Assembly: GCA_965644315.1 (NCBI GenBank)
Contig: CBFFRQ010000096.1
Location: forward strand, 1-64,000
Source: Caecitellus pseudoparvulus
Taxonomy: Eukaryota; Protista; Bigyra: Bicosoecida
DNA: 64,000 nucleotides
Direction of reading: 5' to 3'
In this document: positions 13,267 through 24,900 of the stretch, piece after piece
How positions within the stretch are numbered: the first letter of the stretch is position 1
Layout of the letters: the number at the start of each line of letters is the position of its first letter
Notes under the pieces: model-generated
Seen by the model: only the letters and a program-made list of their open reading frames with translations
Told to the model about the DNA's origin: nothing
The model's database searches: none
Made by a program: the position numbers and the translations under genes

Positions 13267-13967
13267 ATGACCACTAGGCACTCAGTGTGGGGCACGGTGG
13301 CAACGGAAGCCACGATGCTGCTACTTGCCATGCTGGTGCAGTGTGCCGTGTTCTTCCCCCTTCACTTTGACTTCCAGGAGTGCCTTCCACACATCGCCAC
13401 GAGCCTTGCCCTGTACGCTGGCCTTCGAGCGGCCCTAGGCATCTCCTCCGGCTCAGTCGCCTGGCTTGATCGACGCGGCGCCTCTGATGCATTGTCAGTA
13501 GCGGCAGCCCTGGCAGGAGTTGCGCTGTATCAGTACCCACTGTGTGCGTAGCGCCTCGAGCTTGCCCTCACACCTGCACCCCACTTTGTCCTGTCCGGCC
13601 CACAGCACGAAAGACGGCCGCAATCTTTTTGAAGCGACACTTGGGCAGTTCAGCTGCCATTCTGTTCTCCCGCATGTGGAAGGCCATAGCCAAGCAGGAG
13701 CTTGCGATTGTCATGCAGTTGGGCGTTCGGCTGTTGCTCGCTGTCCTGGTAGGTCGCGCAGTGTTCGTGCTGTGGAGCCTGCTGCGCTGCCGCCTTCGAC
13801 CGTCTTCCTTTTACACTTGGAGGGGGGTACACACACGGCCAACTGACAAGCCTGGGGGCAGCACGGAGGCCGATGAAACAAGTGGCCAGGCGGATGTGTC
13901 TGGTCCAACCGCCCAGCACGGCCCAGTCCACGACGAAAAGCTGGGCTCTCACAACCCCGCGAGCTGA
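13267..13967 (+). CDS. Small multi-pass membrane protein of unknown function (spliced)
   Basis: Two adjacent ORFs (13267-13551, 13542-13967) with several hydrophobic helices, joinable by a short intron. Confidence 0.45.
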
Positions 13968-13983
13968 ATGCATTGAACAAGCT

Positions 13984-15624
13984 TTACATGAGCCGATCTG
14001 CCTCGCTCCGGCTGCGCAGGCGATGGCGGCCGAAGCCCGAGCCTGCGCTGCCTGGGCGCCGTGCCGCTGATGTGCTGGAAGACATCATGGCCGCTGCCGC
14101 TGCGAGGTTCCGGGATGCCCGGTCTTCCGCATGAGCTGGCGTGTGGCCGCCTGAGAGGGCGTGCAGTGCCTCGCAAGCCTCCATGTCTTCGTCCCCTGGC
14201 GTCAGCACTGGCCGCTTGCGGTCGCGGGGCGTGTACCCGATGACGGTGTCCCCCCCCCCTAACGTGGGCGGTCCGACCGACGCACCGCCATCCAGCCTCG
14301 GCGCGTGTAGACGAATGCCCGTCGCATCTTCGGCACTGGCTGCGGCTGCCTCGCTGGCGCGCATGGCAGCCTGGGCAGCTGCTGCGTCTGCCTGCAGGCC
14401 ATCAAAGTCGACACTGCCACGGCGACCCCCAGCACCCGAGTAGTCCAAGCCACCAGCAGTGCCTGTAGCAGAGGCAGCTCCCGGGGTGGCGCCCCCCATC
14501 AGCATCAAGGCTGCAGCTTCGTGCGTAGTCATGCCCTCGGAGCTGACCATGCCTCCGTGGCCGGCACCTTGTGGAGACATCAAGCCAGGCATCATGGCGC
14601 CGTGGACACTGCCTCCACCAGCAGTGGGCGGGCCTGGGGGGATGTTTCCCTGAGGCCCTTGTAGCCTCCCCCCGCAAGCAACAGCTCCGGACAGTGACGA
14701 GGAGTCGGCGATGGAATTTCCCCGCGGCCGGGCGTAGCCGTCGCCACGGGCGCCCGCCAGTCCAGACGAGCCGTCTGGCAAGCTGGCCTCCATGTGGGCT
14801 GCCCGCTGTCTCAGCGTGCCGTTCTCCTGTTGCAGGCGCACGACGGCGTCCCGCAAGCGCACTTCGCGCATCTCAGCGTCGCGCAGGCGCACCTGCAACT
14901 GCACAACCAACTGGGTCAGGGCCTCTTTACTCAGGCTCTGCAGCGAACCCAAGCTGTTCAACACGTTTGCCTTGTGTTGGGCTGCGTTTCGGGCAGCGAG
15001 GGCCTGGGACAGCGCCTCCTGGTGCATGCGGGCGGTCTGGGACGTCATCATGGCTGCTGAGACTGCAGGGCCCGACCCTTGGGCCGCTGAAATACGGGAG
15101 GACTGAATCTTGCCGGCCTTCCCCGCCGCCACCAGGGCGGCTGCTGCGTGCAGAGTCGTGTCTGACTCGGAACGCTTCATGCCGGCGGGGCGCTTAGCCT
15201 TCTCGGCCCCGGCGTCTTCATCGCTCGCGCGCTTGGTGCGGCGGCGTTTCTTGCGATCTGACTTGAAGATGGCGTCAAGGTCCACGTCGGCCCAGCTCTT
15301 GCCAAGAGGCACGAATGCCTCGCCGGACTTGCGGATGAAGGCACCCTCAACTGAGTGTCGCGAGGCGGGCACGAAGCACACGCCGCGGTTGTACAGCGCC
15401 CGCAGCAAGTTCGGCCAAATGATGTCCGTGCGGGACGTGCCATTGGCCCCCCTTGTTGCACTGGGATGAGCGCGTTTGGAAGCGACTGTGTTCAGGGCTG
15501 TCAGCACCTCGCGTCGGTCCTTGCACAACAGGCGTTTGTTGTCTGGGGACAGCGCCAGCAGCTCCCGCTTGACGCCTGGGTGCTTGTTTTGAGCAAGTTC
15601 CACGAGGGCCATGCACCAATTCAT
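13984..15624 (-). CDS. Hypothetical nuclear protein (NLS-like basic stretch, coiled coil, low-complexity tail); upstream exons probably reach about 16010
   Basis: 546-aa ORF with host-like composition, RKKRRRTKR and a heptad coiled coil. Confidence 0.6.
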   Translation of the reverse strand: MNWCMALVELAQNKHPGVKRELLALSPDNKRLLCKDRREVLTALNTVASKRAHPSATRGANGTSRTDIIWPNLLRALYNRGVCFVPASRHSVEGAFIRKSGEAFVPLGKSWADVDLDAIFKSDRKKRRRTKRASDEDAGAEKAKRPAGMKRSESDTTLHAAAALVAAGKAGKIQSSRISAAQGSGPAVSAAMMTSQTARMHQEALSQALAARNAAQHKANVLNSLGSLQSLSKEALTQLVVQLQVRLRDAEMREVRLRDAVVRLQQENGTLRQRAAHMEASLPDGSSGLAGARGDGYARPRGNSIADSSSLSGAVACGGRLQGPQGNIPPGPPTAGGGSVHGAMMPGLMSPQGAGHGGMVSSEGMTTHEAAALMLMGGATPGAASATGTAGGLDYSGAGGRRGSVDFDGLQADAAAAQAAMRASEAAAASAEDATGIRLHAPRLDGGASVGPPTLGGGDTVIGYTPRDRKRPVLTPGDEDMEACEALHALSGGHTPAHAEDRASRNLAAAAAMMSSSTSAARRPGSAGSGFGRHRLRSRSEADRLM

Positions 15625-16437
15625 GGTTTCCTATTCTGAGCATGGCGAGTTGGAGTCGTGGCGTGCGGGGCGGCTTCGGCAGGATGGAAAACCGCAGGGT
15701 CGGTGTGACAGCAGCGTTTCACCTGGGACACAGGGCAGGCCAGCGCCAGCCTGTTGCACGTGGCGCAGCGCGTCCCACAGGGCCGAAAATATCGAGCACA
15801 GCCTGTTTGGTGCGCTGGTTCCCAGGCATATCTACGATCAAGCGCCTTGCGCTCAGCCTGGCTGCCCCAGCACTCTGCGGAAGTACCGCCTCACCTTTGG
15901 AGGGGATGCAAGAGCAGCACCTTTCCGAGCCCTGACTTGCAAAGAGGGCCAGGTGCTAAGTGTTGAGCTGGTGCTCGCAAACTTCAAGGGTGGTGTCTGG
16001 GTGCACGTGCTTCCAGCGAACCGAGACCGATGCCGCCTGCCTTGACTTGCCTCGCTTGACAACGCTGCCCCTTCGCTCCCTTCGTGCGGCACTCAAACAG
16101 CCACCTTGAGGCCCAAGAACCTGCAGCTGGCACTCTGGAGGATGTCGCAGGCTGATTGTTTTGTCCCCCAGCTGGCGGTGGGGCCTCCCGAATCCCCCCG
16201 TGGCCGCGGCGCTGGCCAGATGGCATGGCAGTGGAGCAGCGTTTCGTGTCGCCGTCGGCCCCCCAAACACCCCTCTAGAGCGCCGGAGCACCCTTTACCG
16301 CCGAGGCACCAACAGACAGTCACGTCAATCTCACGAGTTGAACAAACTTCGACCGCACTCCATGCCCCACATCCTGCACCCCGGAGAGAGCCGCTGCACT
16401 GCCAGGCGGAACAAGGCGCGAAACTCCACGGCACACC

Positions 16438-17932
16438 ATGCCTCCCAAGCGCAAGGGTGGCGCGGCATCTGGCGGCAGTGATGCCGCCAAGCACATGATG
16501 CTGCTGGGCCGCCCCGGCAACAACGTCAAAATGGGCATTGTCGGCTTGCCCAACGTTGGCAAGAGCACCATGTTCAACTGCCTGAACCAAGCTGCTGCTG
16601 CCGCCGCCGAGAACTACCCCTTCTGCACACTGGACCCAAACGTGGCCAAGGTTCCCGTTCCAGACGAGCGCTTCGACCACCTCGTGGAGGTTTTCAAGCC
16701 CAAGAGCACGTGCGTGTCGCCGGCAGCGGCTGCGGAAAATGCCTGCTGACTGACTGCCGCGGCAGCCACTTCACCACGCCGAGCCTGCCCCGCCCCTCCC
16801 CTCCTCAGTGTGCCTGCTGTGCTGACAGTCACGGACATTGCTGGCTTGATCCGCGGAGCGTCCACTGGTGCAGGGTTGGGCAACGCCTTCCTGTCCCACA
16901 TTGCGGCCGTGGATGGTATCTTCCACGTCGTGCGTGCCTTCCCCAACAAGAACGTCGTGCACGTGGATGGAGATGTGGACCCAGTGCGAGACCTGGAGAC
17001 TATCCATGGCGAGCTGCGCCTTAAGGACCTGGCCGCCGTCAACGGCTGGCTCGAGAAGAACGAGCGCCCGTACAAGGCTGGCGTGAAGGAGATCAAGGGC
17101 AAGTACGAATTTTTCTTGCGCGTGAAGGAGTTCCTGGAGGGGGGCGAGGACATCCGGTACGGCACGTGGACTGGCCTGGAAGTGGAAATGTTGAACGAGC
17201 AGCAGCTCTTGACCGCCAAGCCCGTCATCTACCTGGCCAACATGTCCGAGAAGGCGTACATTGCCAAGGGGAACAAGTGGCTGCCTAAGCTCGCCGAGTG
17301 GCTCAAGGCAAAGGGCAGCGAGGAGAAGATGATCCCCTTCTCTTGTGAATTCGAAGAGAAGCTGCAGGAAATGGGCGGCTGGCAGAGTGCCGAAGCACAG
17401 GCGTACCAGGAAGAGGTACGTTGCAGTCGTGTTGTGCTGCCGCCATTGCCAATGACGAGAATTACTACGGTACTGACACCCGATTAGACCCGGGTGGAGT
17501 GAGGTCACGATTAGTCTTTCCGAGGCATGAGCACTTGCCTGCTTCACGTGCCCGCGGTCGTATGCCCACGCGTCACCGCCCTCCCTTGCCGCCGCTCCAC
17601 AGAAGAAGACCAAGAGCATGATGCCGCGCATCATCCGCACTGGCTTCCGCACATTGAAGCTGTCAAACTTCTTCACCGCGGGTGCTGACGAAGTGCGCGC
17701 CTGGACAGTGCGGGCTGGCTCCACTGCGCCACAGTGTGCCGGCGTCATCCACACTGACTTCGAGAAGGGCTTCATTGCTGCAGACACGATGTCGTACACA
17801 GACTTCGTGGAGCATGGGGACAGCGAGACGCAGGTCAAGCTCGCGGGTAAGCTTCGATCGGAAGGCCGAAAGTACATTATGAACGACGGAGACATCTTCC
17901 ACTTCAAGTTCAACGTGGGGAAGGGCAAGTGA
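16438..17932 (+). CDS. OLA1: Obg-like ATPase 1 (YchF/OLA1); exons 16438-16709, 16809-17415, 17603-17932
   Basis: [47 protein letters not shown] and [15 protein letters not shown] introns join in frame. Confidence 0.97.
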
Positions 17933-17959
17933 TGTTGCACTGCTCCACCCCTATCAGCC

Positions 17960-20900
17960 TCACAATGCAGCGTCTTGTCCATCCTCCTCTGCGACCTCTG
18001 GGCCCCCTTGACTGGCGCCCTCCCCATCAGTGGAGCTGTCGCTGCTGCTGCCGCTCGACGTGCCTGAGGTTTCGGAAGCTGAGTCATGAAAGTGCTCTGC
18101 ACCCATGTCAGCCTCGCGGGCAGACCTGACGCGCTTCGCCCCAATGCTTGTGGGGGTGGGTGCAAAGGTGGCCTGAGTTGAGCCTTCACCAGGCCCAGCC
18201 TGTACCCCCGCCTCGCTTTCGCCGCCCTCGAGCCAAGCTTGAACCTCTTGAGCCTCGCGCTCTGGAAGCATGCCAGAGGCACTGTAGGTGGCCAGGAAAG
18301 CCTGCACTTCGCCGATGGCGACCTCAGCTACGTCGTCACTGGCTGCAGTGACCACGAGGGGCACCGCTCGTGACACAACTTCATCCACCGCTCCTCCACG
18401 GGCTGAGCCTTCCAACGCGGCCACTCGGCGCCGCACCTGCTGCACCGCTTGCTGCACCGTGTCCAGCTCCACCACCAGCCGAGCTTGGGCCGCTTGGGAG
18501 TGCGCAGTCGCTGGCATGGCAGAGGGAGCCGAGTCCACAGAGCTATCGACTGCAAAAGCCTTCAAAGCTGCCACACCCGCCTCCAGCTCTTCCACCCGCC
18601 GCAGCACACCATCCCGAACGCCGGCGCCGCTCGGGGCGGCGCCCTCTTGCCCTGACCCACTTGGCGTCACCCGGCGAACACCCCCCCCTTCCACGTGCGC
18701 CGAGCGAAGCTGCATCAGAGCAGCCACACATGACACCAGCAACGGCAACAGCCCACGGCCTGCCAGGCGATGGGCAGGCACGCCCAGCCAGCGAGCCACG
18801 GCTCCCCTGGCATGCAAGGCTTCACGCTCGCCTGCGCCGATGACTAGCCGCGGTGGGGCCAGGGCGTTCGCCGCCTGCCTGACTGCAGAGCGAATGGCAG
18901 TCTGGGCGACCGCTTGGGCGATGCCAGGCACAGCGGTGGGGCGAGCGGGCCACAGCCCGATGGCTTCTTGCATGTCCTCTTCTGACGCCCGCTCTTCACT
19001 GTGCATGCCAGGCAGCAAGCGCCACAGGGGGGTCGCCGATTCTTCACTGGAAGCTGGCAGTCCATCCTGCGGAGAGCTGCCTGCGCTGACAGGGGTGCAG
19101 AGCCCTGAAGGCTCACTTTCAGCGGCTGCACGCATGGACAGAGTCCGCTTCAGCGCTCGTGCGTGCAGGGCGCTTTGGTCTGCAGTCAGAGGCTGCCTGT
19201 TTTTGCGTAAGGGTGGCCCAACGCCGATGATATCGCTGAGGTCTTCATCTTCCTCCCCATGTGCCATTGGAGTCGGCGCCTGCTGCCTGCTTGGGCCTTG
19301 CATGGAGCCCTCAGCCTGAAGGGAGGAAGCAGCTGGCGCAACTTGGCTCACTCCGAGAAGGCTGAAAATCTCCGCTGCTGAGTCGGGCGGTGCCGCTGCC
19401 GATGCAGCATGTGGAGGGGCCTGTGTTCTCCCGGCCACCTCCTCCAAACGAGCTTCCAGCTTGACCAAAGCCTGCCGTACGTCGGGCGCTGCAGGAGCGG
19501 ATGTGGGGCCCGTCGCTGCCACGCCGGGCGAGGCAGACAGTCGTTTCTCAAGCGCCCTCCAGCTGCGAACTCGGGCGCCTATCTCCCGCTCAAGGGCTGC
19601 TCTCACCTCTTCCACGGCGCTCTGCGGCGCAGCCTGGTCCACCCCGCTGCCTTGCAGCTCCCGCTTCAGATCTGCAGACAGGGTGCGGGCGAGGCGTGCC
19701 TCCAGGCTGCCCAGGGATGCCTGCACGGAGGCGATGGATGCAGCGCAAGCTGCCACAGCGCGTGAGGACCCTGACGCAACAGACTGCAGTCGGCTGTGGA
19801 CGTCCTCTTGCAGCGCGTGGACGCTGCTGGAGGTGTCCTGCGCCGCAGCCTGTACTGCCGTGGAAAGGCGCTGCATGGCCCGGGCAGCTTGCGCGCGCTC
19901 GCGGGCGGCATCGCCAGCCAGAGAGCGGACGCCCAGTGCTGCTGAGTGCACTTCGGCGCTGAGGGCAGTCATTTCACCCTGCATGTTGAGGAAGTCCGCC
20001 GTGAGGCCTTCTACAGCCGCGGACACCGCCATGACCGTGCGCAAGACGGCGTGTGCCTGGGTACGCGCCGCATACTCTGCACTGCTGCCACCCCCGGGGT
20101 GTGGAGAGAGAGGCCCTAACACGGGCTTGCGTCCGATGCCGCCCAGAGCCTGCAGAGTGGAAGTGCTGACGAGAGCCTGCTCCTGACGCGCGCTGCCGCG
20201 TGGGGTGTGACTGCCGCCCCGACCGCCTTGCGATGCAAGCTGAGACAGCTGCTCTCCCAGCACCGCCACTTCTGCCTGCAGGGCTTGCAGGGAAGAAAAG
20301 ACAGCTTGCGGAGGTACGGGTCCAAGCCTGGCTGTCACCTTCGCATCCACAGCTGCGTCCACGCCGGCGCCCAGCATGCCCGCCAAGCCCTGCATCTGGG
20401 ATGCGTTCTCGTGACAGGCCACCTGCACTTCGCCCACAGTGGAGGTCAGGCGGGCAACCTCCTCCGCGAGACCTGCCGTGGCTGTTGCTAGGCCTGCCAG
20501 AGAAAGGGGTTCGCCGGCTGATCCAACCATGCCTTTCTGCACACTCTTGGAGCGGCCTGGCAGCTCTGCCTCTGTGGGCTCGGGAGTCCGGAAGCGAGGA
20601 TCCACCGCAGATGAAGATCGGGGCCCCCCGCGGGGGGGAGACCCCAGCTCGCTCCCTGCTCGGAGGTCGGCCTGCAAGGCAGCCAGCCCGCCGCCCCGTT
20701 TGTGCGGGGAGGCACTGGCTGTCGGGGTGGCGGGCTGGCCACCCATCGCTCCTGCCTTCCTCTCTGGTGTGGTGGGTGACACAGGGGTCTGTCGGGGGGC
20801 TTGCGCGGCGCGGCCGACTTTGGCGCTGCTGTCCAGCGCCCGGCGTAGGCCGGCCGTCTCCGAGGCAGCCTCGTCGGCTGCCGCACGCGCCACGGCAGCA

Positions 20901-21331
20901 GCTGCAGAGGCCCGGGATGCAGCACTTTCGGCAGTGGCAAGCCTGCCTTGTGCCGCCTTGAGCTGCTCTTGTGTGCTGAGCAGCTGCTTGCGAAGGTCCA
21001 CAACGCTGGCTTCAAGAGAGCCGGTTGCTGCCGCCACAGCTGCGGCAACTTCAGCCTGCACCAACGCCTGAAGTTGCCCTGCTGGCATGCCAGCGCCGCC
21101 CATAGTTGCACTTGGCCGTGTTGCTCCTTGGGACGTGGAGGTTGTCCCGATGGGTGAGGCAACGGCCATGAGCGGCGAGGGTTGCGCAGGCAGCGCGGGC
21201 ACGGCGCTGGTGGTGGGGTTGCTGCTGCTCTGAGCATGCACCTGCAGGGCCTTCACAGCCACCCTGGCCCCGCCACTTGCTGTGGATCCTTCGCCAGACG
21301 ACATGAGCTTGACAGACAGGGAGCCCTGCAC
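17960..21331 (-). CDS. Large Ala-rich coiled-coil protein of unknown function (5' exons probably extend to about 21850)
   Basis: 1123-aa open frame with several heptad coiled-coil segments. Confidence 0.6.
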   Translation of the reverse strand: MQGSLSVKLMSSGEGSTASGGARVAVKALQVHAQSSSNPTTSAVPALPAQPSPLMAVASPIGTTSTSQGATRPSATMGGAGMPAGQLQALVQAEVAAAVAAATGSLEASVVDLRKQLLSTQEQLKAAQGRLATAESAASRASAAAAVARAAADEAASETAGLRRALDSSAKVGRAAQAPRQTPVSPTTPERKAGAMGGQPATPTASASPHKRGGGLAALQADLRAGSELGSPPRGGPRSSSAVDPRFRTPEPTEAELPGRSKSVQKGMVGSAGEPLSLAGLATATAGLAEEVARLTSTVGEVQVACHENASQMQGLAGMLGAGVDAAVDAKVTARLGPVPPQAVFSSLQALQAEVAVLGEQLSQLASQGGRGGSHTPRGSARQEQALVSTSTLQALGGIGRKPVLGPLSPHPGGGSSAEYAARTQAHAVLRTVMAVSAAVEGLTADFLNMQGEMTALSAEVHSAALGVRSLAGDAARERAQAARAMQRLSTAVQAAAQDTSSSVHALQEDVHSRLQSVASGSSRAVAACAASIASVQASLGSLEARLARTLSADLKRELQGSGVDQAAPQSAVEEVRAALEREIGARVRSWRALEKRLSASPGVAATGPTSAPAAPDVRQALVKLEARLEEVAGRTQAPPHAASAAAPPDSAAEIFSLLGVSQVAPAASSLQAEGSMQGPSRQQAPTPMAHGEEDEDLSDIIGVGPPLRKNRQPLTADQSALHARALKRTLSMRAAAESEPSGLCTPVSAGSSPQDGLPASSEESATPLWRLLPGMHSEERASEEDMQEAIGLWPARPTAVPGIAQAVAQTAIRSAVRQAANALAPPRLVIGAGEREALHARGAVARWLGVPAHRLAGRGLLPLLVSCVAALMQLRSAHVEGGGVRRVTPSGSGQEGAAPSGAGVRDGVLRRVEELEAGVAALKAFAVDSSVDSAPSAMPATAHSQAAQARLVVELDTVQQAVQQVRRRVAALEGSARGGAVDEVVSRAVPLVVTAASDDVAEVAIGEVQAFLATYSASGMLPEREAQEVQAWLEGGESEAGVQAGPGEGSTQATFAPTPTSIGAKRVRSAREADMGAEHFHDSASETSGTSSGSSSDSSTDGEGASQGGPEVAEEDGQDAAL

Positions 21332-21987
21332 GCGCTGCAGCCAGCCAGAGGCCAGCAGGGCGTGCTCACAAGGTGTAGGCTACCAATTTCCGCACAGGAA
21401 ACGCTGGCGGCAACTCCGCTGCGCGTCTCCACGACGACTCCCCGCGGGCAAGGACCCGGTGCAATGCTGTGTAGCACCAAGGGGGGGGTCTGAGTGCCTG
21501 CGATATGCGCGCCAAGCCCAACTGCCTGCGAAGTGAGAGATGGCAGCAACAGTTGCCAAGAGGCGAGTCTTGGCAGGATTTGCGTCGGCAGGCAGCGCAG
21601 AGACATTCCGGGAGAGCTTGCTGTGGGAGCGCAGGGTCAGGGCCGCTTGTCCCCTGTGAACATTCTAAGGCATGCTGCCTGGAAGTAGCGCTGGACCAGG
21701 CGGTTGGGCGTTGGCTACAGCCCACCATCGCCCGTAGAAGGACTCGGGACGCAGACTCCCCAACAAGGCCGCTCCAAGCAGTCCAGAGCCCGAGTTCAAA
21801 ACAAGACACCCTTCCACTGCGCTCAGAGTGTCCCGAACATTCCCATAATCTGCAATACCCAGCAGAACACCTGAAGCCGTAGCACTCAGCAGGCATAGAA
21901 AGTTGGTGTGTAGCAGCAGCGCTTTCCGCAAGTGGGAGCGTTTCTCACGCTCTTACCCCTTCCAATTGCGCAGCTCAGCAGCCCGCC

Positions 21988-24900
21988 GTGTGGTTTGTGT
22001 CGCTGCAATCTGCAGGAGATTCAAGGTTGCTTGGCGTGCACTCCTTCCTCCTTCTGAAGCCGCCCTTCGCCCTCTGTATTCGGACGCCGGAGACGTGCTC
22101 CAGCTCCAGGAAGGCCTGGTCCTTTCTTGCCTCAACAATGGCCTTCAGCCCAACTTCCTCGCTGCACGGCGAGGAATCTTGGACGGGCAGCTACTGCGAC
22201 CCTGTAACGGTCCACTATGATAGGTGGGGATTTTCTCTGGGGTTCAACTCTCCAGGCAGCGCAACGTCACCGTCGGTCGACGGTGATGCGACATCACCCC
22301 AGGCTGACGAACGTCGCGAGCCATCGCGCTGTGCAGCCACACAGCTTGGTCAGCTCGGGGGGGAGTGTGCAAGCTCCAACATCGCCCCCACCGCCGATGC
22401 CCCGTGCAGCCTGGCTCTGCCTTCTGCCGGGCCAGCTGCTCGCAGCGGTGGCCATCATGGGCTGAGTGGCAGCTGCAGCACGCTCTCGCTTGCCCCAGGG
22501 CAGCAGCCATTGCCCCTCCAGGTGCACCGCGCAGTGGAACTAGCACCGCCTACACCTTCCAAGTGTCCCTTGATTGCACCTTTGCCTACTGGTCCCCTTC
22601 GGAGCTCAACGCCTGCGGCTGTAGAGACCCGGCATACGGAGGAGGGAAAACACCGCCAAGGCGGCTTCAAGCGTGTGCGAGCGCATGGCGTCTCCGGCGT
22701 ACACGTGGGGAGGCAAGGGGGGGGGGGCGCTGAAAGTCAACATCACACACCAGTCATGGCAGGTGCTGCTGCTGAGACCCCCTTCTTCTCCCTCACACCA
22801 ACTCCACAAGCAAAACACCGACGCCAAGGAGATGCCACGCTTGCAGCATCAGACAAAGCTGTGTGGCCCCACCCCGAAGCAAGTGGGGGCGCGGAGAAGC
22901 AATCCCCCAGCATGAGCGTGTATGAGCAGCGTAGGGATGCCCTTGAGGGGCCGCACCCGATTTCCACAGTGCTGCCGTCGCGCATGAGCACGGGACACGA
23001 GCAAGAGAGGTTGAGCCCGTCATCCCGGTGCGCTGTGGCTTCAGCGAAAACCGATGCAGGCATGCCAAATGGTGCGCAAAGCACTGAGGGTGGTGCTGCA
23101 TCGAAGGAGGGCGAGGAGGAGAGAGAGCGAACCTCGAGGGAAGGCTGCATGCGATTTGAGGGCGCTGCAAGCGCGGCTGAAACGCAGGGCCAAGTGTTGG
23201 CGATGCCTGAACTCACGTGCAGCCGGGAACAAGCCCTCTCTGCAGCATTCGCTGAGGATGTGTTGAGCAAGCCCATCGTTCTCTTGCGGGGGTTCTTGGC
23301 TCCAGCCTGTTGTGGCGTGCCGGAGGAGCCCTTCACGTTGCAGGCGCTGCAGGCGCAACACGGTGACGTCGTCGTTGACGTGCTGCAACAAGACACGGCT
23401 GCGCTGCGCGGCTGGAACCTGCCCATGCAAGAGTCTTACAAGATGCCTCTCAAGGACTACATTAAGTACACCCTGGCATGCGCGAAGGGCAAGGGCCCGG
23501 CGCTGAGTGTGGACGACGAAGCCCAGACTGACCCCAGCACACCGCCGCCACCCGTCACTTTTGTGACCAACCCCAACACTTTCCAGCTATATCCTGGTCT
23601 GCGTGCCAAAGCTGATGCCATGAAGCTCCGAAAGGAGTACTCTCGCCGCTACAAGCGTGCCATGAGGGTCCCGGCACACCCTTCAGGCTTCAAAGATCGC
23701 ATCACCTCAGCAGCTGCTCAGGAGCTGGGGCTCCTGGACGGCCCCAAGCCCACGGTGCAGTACGCAGTGAACTGTGACATGGTCGGGGACGAGTGGGCTG
23801 CCGAGTGCACAGCGCTGTTCCAGGGCCTGCCTGAGTGGATGCACGCCTGTGGCCCAGCTGACACCTTCGCGTTAACCCCTCAGCGAGTCGCTGGCATGAA
23901 CGCCCCTCAGATGTACATCAAAGTGGCTGGCAGCTCCACTGCCGCGCATGAGGAGAACAATCGCTTCTACAGCGTGAACCACAACCATGGCCCGGGAGAG
24001 TCGGAGTGGGGCGCCATTGCACCGCAGCACGTAGCGCGCCTGCGCGCTGTCGTGCTGCAGCAGGCGGGCATCGACATTTACGCTGCAGAAGGCAGGTACA
24101 TTCCAGACGAAGCCCTCTGCGCCGCTCACGGGATCCCCATCATGAGGGGCAGGCAGCGAGCGGGTGACACGGTGGTGCTGGCAGGCGGCACCATTCACTG
24201 GGTGAAGGCGCTGGGGCCAGCAGTGCACACGTCGTGGAACTACGCCCCCTTCAGACCAGCAACCTTCGCTGCAGCCATCGCGCGCCGCAACATCAACGCC
24301 AGCATGCGCCCCGTGTACCCCTCCTATGTGCCCATGACATCCTTGTGCAGGGCTGTGGCACAGCACCTCATCTGCAGCAAGCCCCTGCTCGGGCTGACGT
24401 CACGCTCCATTGATCGACTCCTGCTACATGCAGCAGGTGCCACCCAAGGGACGGAGGCGCGCACAAGTCGCGACGAGGAGCAGGTGATGGACGTGCTGTC
24501 CACCCCTGGCGCATGCGCCACGCTGCCTGACTTGCTCCGCTTGCTGCGCATCTTGCACGAGGAGTTGTGCTCTGCCCACCGCCACAGTGAAGCCGAGATG
24601 GGTGCATTGCTGGGAGCAGGGCTGACTCTTGAAAAGGAGCCCAGCGGCTCCGCCGTCTTCCGCTGCCAGCAGCCGGGGTGTAGCGCGGAGATCTACAACG
24701 CATACGTTGTGTGCGAGACCTGCCTCGGCATCGGTTCCTCCTCCATCGCTAGTGCCTGTCCGAAGGCCCCCTGTGGGAAGAAGCAAAAGGAGGCAGCTGC
24801 CTTCTTCGTCACCCCCCCGCCGGGACGCACAGACGTGCAGGAGGAGCTGCAGGCGAAGATCTGCGTGCCCTCCCTGCTCTCCCTGGAGGTTGCCAAGCAT